Shown here: in pieces, positions 9,637 to 18,234 of the stretch
How positions within the stretch are numbered: position 1 is the stretch's first letter
Layout: each line of letters begins with the position of its first letter
Source of the DNA: a virus
Length of the DNA stretch: 64,000 nucleotides
Direction: 5' to 3' (one strand)
IMG/VR virus record: IMGVR_UViG_3300037483_000299
Span: 1-64,000 of that record
The notes under the pieces: generated by a model
The model's database searches: none
The model's input: only the letters and a program-made list of their open reading frames with translations
What the model was told of the DNA's origin: nothing
Position numbers and translations under genes: made by a program

Positions 9637-12038
9637 GCGCCAAAGCCTATACTGTCTACGTCTACAAAAGCACCGCGCCGGATACGAGTACCAGTCACGT
9701 CGCGTTCACGCTCACCAACTCCCGGCTCCTCGAAGCGCCGACGGTGCGGCGGCCCCTCATCCGTCCCCTCTATGGCCGGTCGGAATCCCAGCCGTGGTAT
9801 GTGGACGTGCTCGATGTGGGGTCCAGCTTCTCGGCCTTGCTCGCGTCGAGCGGCCGCTATGACAAGCTCGGCCGGCTGCTACAAGTCCGGGTTGCCAAAG
9901 ACTCGTCTACCGCCGTCAAGCTAGGCACGGGCCGCATCACCAACTACGAGTTGCTGTCGGACGTGGCCGGCTATCGGGTGACGGTGGAGGATGAGCGCAC
10001 CCTGGAACGGCAAACCAACATCTTTACCACCAACACGACCCGTCTCTATCCCGGTGGGGTCCACGCGGTCTATGGGCCGTTCAAGCCTCCGGCCGGGGTA
10101 CGTCATGATTTGCGGGCGAGCACAGCAAGTGCTCAATGGCGGCGCATCCAATGGACGATCTTCAACCAGGCGTTGAGCGAGTCGGTCTTCGCGGCCTTGG
10201 GTGAAGATCTCCAACCGGGGATTGACCAGCCCGAACAAGCGATCCGCACGGCCAGTACCGTCACCGGTCTCTTTCGGTACGCTCGTGTCCGCATTGGGGC
10301 GACGGATTACGTCATCCGCAACTTCCCAGCGCCCGATAAGACCAACTACGACGACTACAATCAAGACCCGCTCGCGGGGATTGACTACGCCCTCGGGCAA
10401 AGCGCCGGCAAACTCCCCCCGCTCCTCGCCTGGATTGCCGCAAGTTCGACGGTGAGTACGGGGGGGACCAATGCCTTCCTGCATATGATGGGCGCCCCGC
10501 CGTCACTCTTGACCCCGCTTCACATCGGGGGCAAGACCGGGCGTACGTTGCAGGACACCATCGCGGCGATCTACAACGGCGACTATTCCAGCTCGGGGGC
10601 AAAACTTCCCCGCTACTCGACGGCGGCCCTCGACGCCTTGCCGAAAGACGTACGAGTCCGGTATCGGATCACCGAACCGACGGACATGAGTCAGTGGCTT
10701 GAGGATCAGGTCTTCATGCCGCATGGCTTGGTGCCCAGCGTCAACACTGATGGCCAGATCATCGTCAAGCAAACCTTCTGGCCCGGCTCAACGTCTGCCA
10801 TCACCTACAGCTACACGGGGGCGAATCTCGCCGAGCATCCGACCTGGAATCACCAAGGCCGAGAGCAAGTAACGCGGGTCAAGGTCAGGTACACGGTGGA
10901 GTCCTTCATTCAGGCGAAGACCCGTATTCTCGGCTCGAACACAGTGAAGGCGGGTTTCCCCGGCGAACCTCTGAGCGACCTGAGCGGGGCGGCAGACCGG
11001 ATTCTAGCGAAGGAGCAGACCTTCTCCGTCACCCATGACATTTCCACCCGATTCCAACCGCGTGAAGTGGAACTCCTCGGGTTCGGATGGCATCGGTCTG
11101 TGACACCGAATCCCGTCAATGCGGATCAGGATCAGGTGGCGATCAAGAACGGCGTGAAGTATGGGCGCGAGTTGCTGAACCGCTTTGGGGACGGGCCGGT
11201 GTACGGTTCATTGATCGGCCTCACCTCAGCGGAATCAGTCGAGCAGGGCGATTGGGTCAAGGTAACGCTGGGTACGTATCCCAACGCCTCAGTGCCTGGC
11301 CGGGGTGGTAACCGATTCGTCCAGATCTTCGGCCGCACGGATCAACCCGACGGGCCCACGCATGACTACCTCGACGGTGGGCCCGCCAACAATCCGCTGA
11401 CGAGCCCGAGCATCACGCTCTCGACCAGTACGGCCGACAGTCGGCATCAGCTCCGGGCGACCATCGGCTCGATTACCGCGGGCGGCTATGCCGAGTGCCA
11501 ATTAGCCGCGAGCAGCACCACGCCCGCTGCCACATCCACCAAATGGACGGCCGCCTTCACCACGGATACCACGGGCATCACGTCGATCAATCAACGTGCG
11601 TCGGGAACCAAGTACTACGGCCGGGCCCGGAACCAACACATCAACCGGATCCCCTCGGCGTGGGTGGTCTCGACAGGCAAGACCACGGCGAGCCTCACGG
11701 CACCGTCTGGGCTGGGCTCCACGGGCATCAACGGGGCGGGCTTCACTGCGCTGTGGAGCATCGGCACGGTCGGCTACCCGTTAGAGATGTTCATTGACAC
11801 CAGCACATCGGCGGCGTTCAGCACGGCCAACCTACTGGCGCGGTTGCCGGTAGGCGCCACCCGGCATGTGGTGAGTGGGGGTCTGGCCTTGGACACGACA
11901 TATGCATGGGGCGTCCGGCACATTGATCTCTACGGTGGAGCCTCAACGGCTCCTCGGGTAACGTTCGCCACGTCTACCGTGGCACCGGTAGCACCGACCA
12001 TGCTCGGGCTGGAAGCTCTTTTGGTCGGACCATACTAA
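9633..12038 (+). CDS. Large tail tip/hub protein with C-terminal FN3-like domains
   Basis: 801 aa; GTKYYGRARN and DTTYAWGVRH FN3-like strands; position. Confidence 0.7.
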   Translation: MSAKAYTVYVYKSTAPDTSTSHVAFTLTNSRLLEAPTVRRPLIRPLYGRSESQPWYVDVLDVGSSFSALLASSGRYDKLGRLLQVRVAKDSSTAVKLGTGRITNYELLSDVAGYRVTVEDERTLERQTNIFTTNTTRLYPGGVHAVYGPFKPPAGVRHDLRASTASAQWRRIQWTIFNQALSESVFAALGEDLQPGIDQPEQAIRTASTVTGLFRYARVRIGATDYVIRNFPAPDKTNYDDYNQDPLAGIDYALGQSAGKLPPLLAWIAASSTVSTGGTNAFLHMMGAPPSLLTPLHIGGKTGRTLQDTIAAIYNGDYSSSGAKLPRYSTAALDALPKDVRVRYRITEPTDMSQWLEDQVFMPHGLVPSVNTDGQIIVKQTFWPGSTSAITYSYTGANLAEHPTWNHQGREQVTRVKVRYTVESFIQAKTRILGSNTVKAGFPGEPLSDLSGAADRILAKEQTFSVTHDISTRFQPREVELLGFGWHRSVTPNPVNADQDQVAIKNGVKYGRELLNRFGDGPVYGSLIGLTSAESVEQGDWVKVTLGTYPNASVPGRGGNRFVQIFGRTDQPDGPTHDYLDGGPANNPLTSPSITLSTSTADSRHQLRATIGSITAGGYAECQLAASSTTPAATSTKWTAAFTTDTTGITSINQRASGTKYYGRARNQHINRIPSAWVVSTGKTTASLTAPSGLGSTGINGAGFTALWSIGTVGYPLEMFIDTSTSAAFSTANLLARLPVGATRHVVSGGLALDTTYAWGVRHIDLYGGASTAPRVTFATSTVAPVAPTMLGLEALLVGPY

Positions 12039-12508
12039 TGGCCTTCCCAACTGGCCTCGTTCAATCGGACGGCTTCGCCGAATCCGGGATCATCTTGGGG
12101 CTCAATCCGTCGAGCGACCGGAGCTTTGACATTCGGTTGCAGCGGCAGGATACGGGGACGACGTGGGGGAGCATTCAAGTCTGGCAGGGTAATAGTTACA
12201 ATGGCGCCTTCCAGTATCGGGATCTTCTGAAAAACGATGGGCTCCGCCGCGACTATCGGGCCCGCCATGAGAAGTCCGGCTACACCGCAGGGGCGTGGAC
12301 GGATACGGTCAGCGGGGGGCCGATTCTGTTATCGGATGGGGATGCACCACAGATGCCCTTGAGTCGCCGGCCGATTAGCCTCCCGATTCTCTTGTCCACG
12401 GCGGCATCGGTACGCTTTGGGAATACGACCGGGGCGGGCCTGTCCGTCTCTGGTGGACAGCTTGTCGGGCGGAGTGCCACGGGCAGCGAAACGACGCTGA
12501 CCACCTAG
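12038..12508 (+). CDS. Tail protein, FN3-like
   Basis: DYRARH..GYT.GAWT FN3 end motif; last gene of operon A. Confidence 0.55.
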   Translation: MAFPTGLVQSDGFAESGIILGLNPSSDRSFDIRLQRQDTGTTWGSIQVWQGNSYNGAFQYRDLLKNDGLRRDYRARHEKSGYTAGAWTDTVSGGPILLSDGDAPQMPLSRRPISLPILLSTAASVRFGNTTGAGLSVSGGQLVGRSATGSETTLTT

Positions 12509-12519
12509 CTTGGGATATT

Positions 12520-12951
12520 CTACCAGCCGACATATACCACGATCCATCGGGAGCCGGCATTCATGGGGTAGCCGCCCCTTATGGAATCTGCTTTAGGTAG
12601 AGGAGGTATGCGTTGTTCGAGGGTAAGTAGATGCGCTTCGCTCACTCCATACTGATCGTAGTCGTAGTACCACCAGCTCATGGTCCGCCCATGTCCGCTT
12701 TCCTGGATCTCGACTTTTTCGGGTGTCCCGTTGTGAGCAAGAACATCGCAGGCGTCCCAGTGGACGCGGGGGATGAACCGTTCGTATGGGCCCAGGGTCG
12801 CCTTGAGGCTATCCGCCCGCGCTCGAACAGTAGACTCCACACATCCCAACCACATGAATGCTTGCGGAGGAATTACTCCCAGGCCATCACCGGGCCGGGC
12901 GGTAGGGGCACAGGCGGTAAGTAGGACCAGGAGCGTGAGCGCGTACCGCAT
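12520..12951 (-). CDS. Lipoprotein, BamE/SmpA-like fold (candidate superinfection exclusion)
   Basis: ATG 12951 coupled to the methyltransferase stop; MRYALTLLVLLTAC lipobox; VLAHNGTP...SWWYY motif. Confidence 0.65.
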   Translation of the reverse strand: MRYALTLLVLLTACAPTARPGDGLGVIPPQAFMWLGCVESTVRARADSLKATLGPYERFIPRVHWDACDVLAHNGTPEKVEIQESGHGRTMSWWYYDYDQYGVSEAHLLTLEQRIPPLPKADSIRGGYPMNAGSRWIVVYVGW

Positions 12952-13679
12952 CAGGTTGTCTTCTGGAAGACCCAGGTCGGGTAGGGATCGCAGAGCGAAG
13001 CCGGAAGCCCGACGGCGGTCAGTAGTCGGTGCCGGAGATGGGTCCGCTCTGGCACCAACATCGCCCCGGGAAGGTGCCGGCGCAGTTCGTAGTACCCGAC
13101 GCCTCGCCAGCCGCTTGAGGCCCACGGCCGATCCTGCCGGAACCGCAACCGCCAGATCGCGTGGCGCCGCGCCAGGCCCGACGGAAGCCAGTGGTTGAAC
13201 CACAGACCCGTCGTATGTAGGTCCCTGGGGTAGTACTTGTTCGGTGTCTCGTTGATGATGAGATGCCCGCCCGGACCCACGACCCGCCAGATTTCCCGTA
13301 TCCACAGTGCCCGTGGCTGGGGGATGTGCTCAAAGACCGCGTTGGCGAGGACGACGGGGAAGCGTCCATCGGAGAACGGGAGGGCTCGGGTGTCCGGGAC
13401 GTGGAGTAACTGAACAACCCCACGCTCCACGACGTCACGGAGTAATTCATCTCTGCGGGCCACCCGGCGTTCATCGACTTCCACTCCGATGACCTGGGCG
13501 GCGCCGTGCTCTAACAGGACGGCGGCCGAGAGGCCGGAAGCGGCCCCGTAGTCGAGGACGATCTGCCCCCTGAACAGGTGTGCCCAGTGACGCAGCGTCT
13601 CCCGGAGAATGTGATAACGATTCTCCTCAGTAGGGTCCGGTGCGGCATAGCGCAGTCGCGGGCTAACGACTGTCGGCAT
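12951..13679 (-). CDS. Class I SAM-dependent methyltransferase (Methyltransf_11-like)
   Basis: VLDYGAASG, LPFSDGRF, AVFEHI, RVVGPGG.LII.ETPN; likely start MPTVV at 13679. Confidence 0.85.
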   Translation of the reverse strand: MPTVVSPRLRYAAPDPTEENRYHILRETLRHWAHLFRGQIVLDYGAASGLSAAVLLEHGAAQVIGVEVDERRVARRDELLRDVVERGVVQLLHVPDTRALPFSDGRFPVVLANAVFEHIPQPRALWIREIWRVVGPGGHLIINETPNKYYPRDLHTTGLWFNHWLPSGLARRHAIWRLRFRQDRPWASSGWRGVGYYELRRHLPGAMLVPERTHLRHRLLTAVGLPASLCDPYPTWVFQKTT

Positions 13680-13782
13680 TGTTCCGGTACGAATCAACGA
13701 GGACCCGTCCAGCAATGCCGGCGAGGCTGTAGAGGACGAGACCGAGAGCCAGAACAACGCCAGCGCCGATGAGGTATTCCAT
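13663..13782 (-). CDS. 39-aa single-TM protein (not in the ORF track)
   Basis: MEYLIGAGVVLALGLVLYSLAGIAGRVLVDSYRNNADSR*, with RBS AGGAG upstream. Confidence 0.6.
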   Translation of the reverse strand: MEYLIGAGVVLALGLVLYSLAGIAGRVLVDSYRNNADSR

Positions 13783-13810
13783 GAGGTGCTCCTGGTGTCA
13801 GGTACTAGAT

Positions 13811-13899
13811 ATGATGCGCGATTCCCGTGCCCGGAACAACTACCACTAGTGGTAGTGCGTAGACGCCACACTACCAAGCGGCCGGCTGACGGGTAGAAT
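13811..13899. promoter_or_regulatory. Divergent promoters with an 18-bp palindromic operator
   Basis: Minus strand TTGTTC-17-CATCAT; palindrome ACTACCACTAGTGGTAGT 13839-13856; plus strand -10 TAGAAT 13894-13899; conserved at 59799-59910. Confidence 0.65.
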
Positions 13900-13941
13900 G
13901 CCGGGACCGGGGGGCCGGACGAATACGGAAGGGAGTCGCCG

Positions 13942-14301
13942 ATGGAGTCGTCGCGTGGTGTGTGGCTGGACCCCGGGATGGGGCCGAACGGAGAGTTTGC
14001 CGTCTCCATCGTGGACAGCCGCGGTGACCGGCTGTTGGCGGGGTTCATCCCGAACGGGCGGGACAAGGACTTCTTCATCCGGGAGTACTACGCGCTCCTG
14101 GACCGCATTGACCCCGTTCGTGGCCAACGGTCAAGCCTTCCGCTTCTTACGGGGCTTCTCCGCCGGCCCGCTGGCCCGACCGCGCGGCTGCTTCAGCTCC
14201 ATCCGTGCCGCGGCGTCGGTGAGCCGGTCCACCAGGAAGACGGCATCTCGCCTCTGCCGGAACCGCCGGGCTTGCTCCAGGAGGGCCACGGCCCCGGCTA
14301 G
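13942..14301 (+). CDS. Hypothetical protein converging on and overlapping the repressor gene
   Basis: RBS GGAAGGGAG; first 11 codons (MESSRGVWLDP) conserved at 59953. Confidence 0.5.
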   Translation: MESSRGVWLDPGMGPNGEFAVSIVDSRGDRLLAGFIPNGRDKDFFIREYYALLDRIDPVRGQRSSLPLLTGLLRRPAGPTARLLQLHPCRGVGEPVHQEDGISPLPEPPGLLQEGHGPG

Positions 14302-14598
14302 CATGGTGTCGGCCGGGTCCGCCCCGGACTGAGTCGCGCTGACCGTTTTAAGCACCTTAAGCAGTATCTCCCACTGCTCCTCGTCCCACTCGAACGCCCC
14401 GCGGGGTAGGCCAAGCGCCAGTTCGAGGTGACGGAGGCTGGGGGCGGTCGTTCCCCCGTCTTTCTTCCAGCGGCTCAGGGTGTCCGAGCGGATGCCCCAG
14501 GGCTCCAGCGTCACAGCCTTCAGCTGCAACACCTCGAGCGCGGCATCCAGTCGGGCCGCGAAATCCCCCGCCATCCCGGCAGTCTTGGCTCCTGCCAT
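14131..14598 (-). CDS. Putative cI-like XRE/HTH repressor
   Basis: FAARLDAAL...GIRSDTLSRWKK...PSLRHLELALGL HTH pattern; divergent from the early operon. Confidence 0.6.
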   Translation of the reverse strand: MAGAKTAGMAGDFAARLDAALEVLQLKAVTLEPWGIRSDTLSRWKKDGGTTAPSLRHLELALGLPRGAFEWDEEQWEILLKVLKTVSATQSGADPADTMLAGAVALLEQARRFRQRRDAVFLVDRLTDAAARMELKQPRGRASGPAEKPRKKRKA

Positions 14599-14606
14599 CT
14601 TGTCGC

Positions 14607-14662
14607 TTGACAGACTAACGCCCCTTCCCCCATACTTGGCAAGCGCAAACGGATTCGTTTGC
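14607..14662 (+). promoter_or_regulatory. Rightward early promoter and candidate operator
   Basis: TTGACA 14607-14612, 18-nt spacer, CATACT 14631-14636; inverted repeat GCAAACG-N4-CGTTTGC 14645-14662. Confidence 0.6.
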
Positions 14663-14692
14663 CGATGCCAACACCACCGGGGGCCTAAGTCA

Positions 14693-14947
14693 GTGTCAGA
14701 CAACGATATAAGCCCGCCCAACACTACGTCATCGCTCGACAAGCGGCAAGAAGCCCCGCGGCGGGACATCGTGGGCGGCTCGGTAACGTCGGACGAGCGG
14801 ACCCGCATCCTGGGTGCCTTCGAGCAAGCCGGGTTCCGGACCATCTCTGAGGGCGTCCGGGTGATCTGTCTCGCCCACGCCGACTCGGCCGCAGTCCGTG
14901 ATGCCGTCGCCGCGTGGCGCCGTGCCAACCCTGCTGAAGCTGCCTGA
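14693..14947 (+). CDS. Cro-position small DNA-binding protein
   Basis: First gene after the promoter (GTG 14693); short beta-helix-helix pattern. Confidence 0.4.
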   Translation: MSDNDISPPNTTSSLDKRQEAPRRDIVGGSVTSDERTRILGAFEQAGFRTISEGVRVICLAHADSAAVRDAVAAWRRANPAEAA

Positions 14948-14951
14948 CGCC

Positions 14952-15404
14952 ATGTCCCACCCTTTCCCTGCACGCAGCGTGGGGCGCCGAGTCGCCCGCA
15001 TCAACTACCCCCGGGGCAATCCGGTAGAGGCGTGCGCCCTGGCGTGGGGGATTCAGCCCTCGAGCGCGGCGCAGCGGTTGAAGCTCACGGCCCCGGAATG
15101 CCCGTGGAGTCAGGCGGCGCTCGGGACCGAGGCGTTGATCCGGGCCGGCCATCCGGTACGAGCTGAGGCGTTGTGCCTGCCGCTCGATCTGGTGCGGGTA
15201 ACGCTCGGCGAGCCCGCAACGGTGGAGGCGTTCGACCGGGCGCGGGAGACGGAAGCGATCCGGGACGGCGAAGAAGATGTGGCCCAGCAGTTCATCCGGG
15301 ACCGGGCGTCGTTCGAGACGTGGGAGAAGCGGACGCTGGCACATATCGCGGCGGCGCTCCGGGCGGTGAAGCTCGGCCGGGCCGTGTACGGGCGGGTCGC
15401 ATGA
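14952..15404 (+). CDS. cII-position regulatory protein (hypothetical)
   Basis: ATG 14952; its last ~20 codons survive as a remnant at 60829-60888. Confidence 0.45.
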   Translation: MSHPFPARSVGRRVARINYPRGNPVEACALAWGIQPSSAAQRLKLTAPECPWSQAALGTEALIRAGHPVRAEALCLPLDLVRVTLGEPATVEAFDRARETEAIRDGEEDVAQQFIRDRASFETWEKRTLAHIAAALRAVKLGRAVYGRVA

Positions 15405-17163
15405 AGCCCGACGGTTACCGGTTCATTCGTGGATACCGGACGCGCGCTGGCGTGACGCGATACGCCCTATGGGAGCGACAGGCTGGCCGCAATCGTCGCG
15501 TGGGGACCGCACACAGTGAAGCCGACTACCTCCGGTTCCTCGGATTCTCAGAAGAACGCATCGCCCGGTGGCGGGTCGCATGAATTGGCTCATGCTCTAC
15601 GTCCTGCTAGGGCTTGCTGTGGGGTTAGGCAACAGTCACCACGGAGCTTAAGATGACCCGCCCGATCAACATCTATCGCCTGGGCTGTCTCCAGGAGGCC
15701 GTCACGGAAGCCTGTCGTGAGGATGAGTCCATGTCTCTCGCGGGCATCGGGCCGGAGGAGCTAGTCGAGGATGGCAAGGAGGCGCCACTGATCGGCCTAG
15801 AAGCGTTGGAGGCCGAGTTGCAGGAAGCCCTCACTCAAGTGCGTGCGCTGCGCGCCCATACCCACGCGTGGGATGAGCGCGGTTTCTGTGAGGTCTGCGG
15901 TGCGGACGGCAACGCATGAACGTCGTCCTCTGCGTCCTGCTGGTCCTCCCGGCCCTCACCGACTGGGCGCACGACTGGTTCACCCAGGTCTGTCTCGTGG
16001 GCTGCGCGGTCGCGGCGCTGTGGCTGCCGGCGAATCCACGGGCCTGGGTGACGTGGGTCCGGCGGCGGAGCGGGAGGGGCGCATGACTGTAACCGGTTCT
16101 TACACCTGTGCAATGTGCAAGGCGACTGTCATGAATGGCCAAACGCACATCTGCGGCGGTTCGTCACCTTGGTTGGGCGTGCCGGGGCCTGATGCGCTCA
16201 CTCGTATCGCCAACGCCCTGGATCGAATCGCCGCCGCGCTGGAGAAGTCCCGATGATCCCCTGGCTCGTGGTGCTCGGTCTCCTGTGGCTCGGTGCGGCT
16301 TACCTGCTTGGCGTCCGGCATGGCGAAGCATCGGGCGCGAGGGAGCGGGAAACGTTGCGGGATGGCTTGGACGCGGCACTCCGGCGGGAAGCGGAAATCC
16401 CGCCGTTCCAGCCGCCGGTATTCGTGCAGCCGGGCCGGATTCACCAGTGGTACCGGCGTCCGATGGGGACGCCACGGAGGGCGTCGTGAGCGATGACCGA
16501 GTGATGAACCTGATAGAGCTGGCGGCGCTCACGTTCGCGATTGTGGTTGGGGTGCTGGCGATGTTCCAGTCACTCCCTCGTGTCGCGCAGATCATTTGGC
16601 CTTTCTTGACCGCCGTCTGGGTCATCCTAGCACGAGTGCATCGCAAGGCGGCCCGGTGACCCCGCCTCGCGTCGTGCTCCATCGCTCCTGGCTCTCGGCG
16701 GCTTACTACTACGCGCTCCTGTGGGCCCGCGACTGCCGCGAGCCGGCGGCAAGAAAGAACTGATGGCCACACGTCAAGATCACGTCGCCGACTGCGGCTG
16801 TGAGTGGGAGGAAGGCTGCTGGTATCCCTGCGCGAGCTGTATGGCGCAGACGCAATTCGTCCCGGATGGCCTGCCCGGCTATCCCGGAATGCCGTTGCCG
16901 CAGTACGACGTGGCCTGGATCGACAAGCTCCCCGACTTCCCGATGGGACGATGATGGGCTGCTCGCCCGATCTGGACCGCTCGGTGGAGGAACTGACGGA
17001 CGCCGGATACCGTGTCCTCACCAAGTTGGAATGTGCGGCGCTGCTGCTGAATGTGAATCTCTGCCGGAACCTGCTGGCCTACCAGCGGAGTGCGGAGACG
17101 GACGAAATGAACCAGGCGCTGAAGTGGGTGGCTGACAGTCTCGAAGGTAGCACGCACACCTAA
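15401..17163 (+). other. Cluster of small overlapping early genes (e.g. 15401-15583, 15653-15919, 16253-16489, 16763-16954, 16951-17163)
   Basis: ATGA/GTGA-coupled short ORFs; several have homologues at 61.2-62.05 kb. Confidence 0.6.
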
Positions 17164-17888
17164 CCCCGGAACGCCGGAGAGCCCGGCGGGAGGATGTAGG
17201 ACCATGAGTCAGAAACCGGACAGCACGACCGCGAAGGATAGCGGGACCAGTTTCGCCGCGCATCCCGAAGGCCAGTACGCGATGGTCTGCGTGGACGTGG
17301 TGAACCTGGGCACGAACATCGAACAGTTCCCCGGTCAGGACGCCAAGGAAGTGGACAAGGCGGCGCTGGTGTTCGCCTCGGGGGAGCGGCAAGAGGACAA
17401 GACGTTGACCGTGGTCACCGTCGAAATGACGCTCTCCATGAACGAGAAGGCGAACATGCGGAAGTTCTTGGAGAGCTGGCGTGGGAAGTCGTACACGCCG
17501 GAGCAGGCGGCGTCCGGTGTGCCGCTCCACAAGGTCCAGGGCCAGACGGCGCTCGTGAGTGTCGAGCACATTTTGACCAAGCGGGGCCGGAAGTTCGCCA
17601 AGGTACGGAGCATCGCGCCCCTGCCCAAGAAGATGGACGCCCCCGACGCTGGCGTGTTGGAGGAATACGAGCGGCCGAAGTTCTTGGAAGACAAGAAGGC
17701 CGAATACGCCAAGGCGCTGGCGAAGTACCGGCAGGACGTGCATGCCGACGTGGATCAGTCCGTTGGGGAGTATCCCGACGACTTCGATCAGACCGACGAC
17801 ACAGACGATCTGCCGTTCTGATGCAGACACCTGACCATGCGGTTGCGCGGTCACCGATGGCGGAGATTGAAGGCCGTCTCGGGATTGA
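17107..17888 (+). repeat. 782-bp identical direct repeat, copy 1
   Basis: Matches 61996-62777 (offset 44,889); translations in three frames are identical; flanks carry substitutions. Confidence 0.9.
17204..17821 (+). CDS. SSB-like phage replication protein (NGO0469-like family)
   Basis: HPEG.Y...CVDVVNLGT, TLSMNEKANMRKFLESWRGK; acidic DDLPF C-terminus. Confidence 0.7.
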   Translation: MSQKPDSTTAKDSGTSFAAHPEGQYAMVCVDVVNLGTNIEQFPGQDAKEVDKAALVFASGERQEDKTLTVVTVEMTLSMNEKANMRKFLESWRGKSYTPEQAASGVPLHKVQGQTALVSVEHILTKRGRKFAKVRSIAPLPKKMDAPDAGVLEEYERPKFLEDKKAEYAKALAKYRQDVHADVDQSVGEYPDDFDQTDDTDDLPF

Positions 17889-18234
17889 CCCGATTCACGT
17901 CCTGAACGCGCAACGGTTGGCGCTCATCAACGAGGGCTGTGACCTGCGGGCGGTACATGGCGCGTTCGGCACGTTTGACCCGCAGCGGAAAAGCCAACTC
18001 GCGGTCATCAAGATGGCGCTCCGGGCACGGGCGCAGCTCGACAAGGTGAAAGTCACCGAGGCCAGCCTGGACGATCAGGCCCATGCGGACCCCCGGTATG
18101 TGGCGTTCGTGACCGAGGCGACGAAACAACGGGCCCGGCTGGCGCAGATCGAGGGCAAGATCGAGGCGATTGACCAGACGATCAGGAGAGCCAATGTGGT
18201 GGCCCGCTACGTGTGCGATGAGACGCGGCTGTGA
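17821..18234 (+). CDS. Coiled-coil protein, UvsY-like recombination mediator candidate
   Basis: KVTEASLDDQAHADPRY motif; next to the SSB-like gene. Confidence 0.4.
   Translation: MQTPDHAVARSPMAEIEGRLGIDPIHVLNAQRLALINEGCDLRAVHGAFGTFDPQRKSQLAVIKMALRARAQLDKVKVTEASLDDQAHADPRYVAFVTEATKQRARLAQIEGKIEAIDQTIRRANVVARYVCDETRL

Noticed and set aside
13680-14078. Long N-terminal extensions of both methyltransferases (also 59793-60044), sharing GSSHTPRDDSIG
   Set aside because: The similarity is the antisense reading of the conserved control block; better starts lie downstream of the promoters
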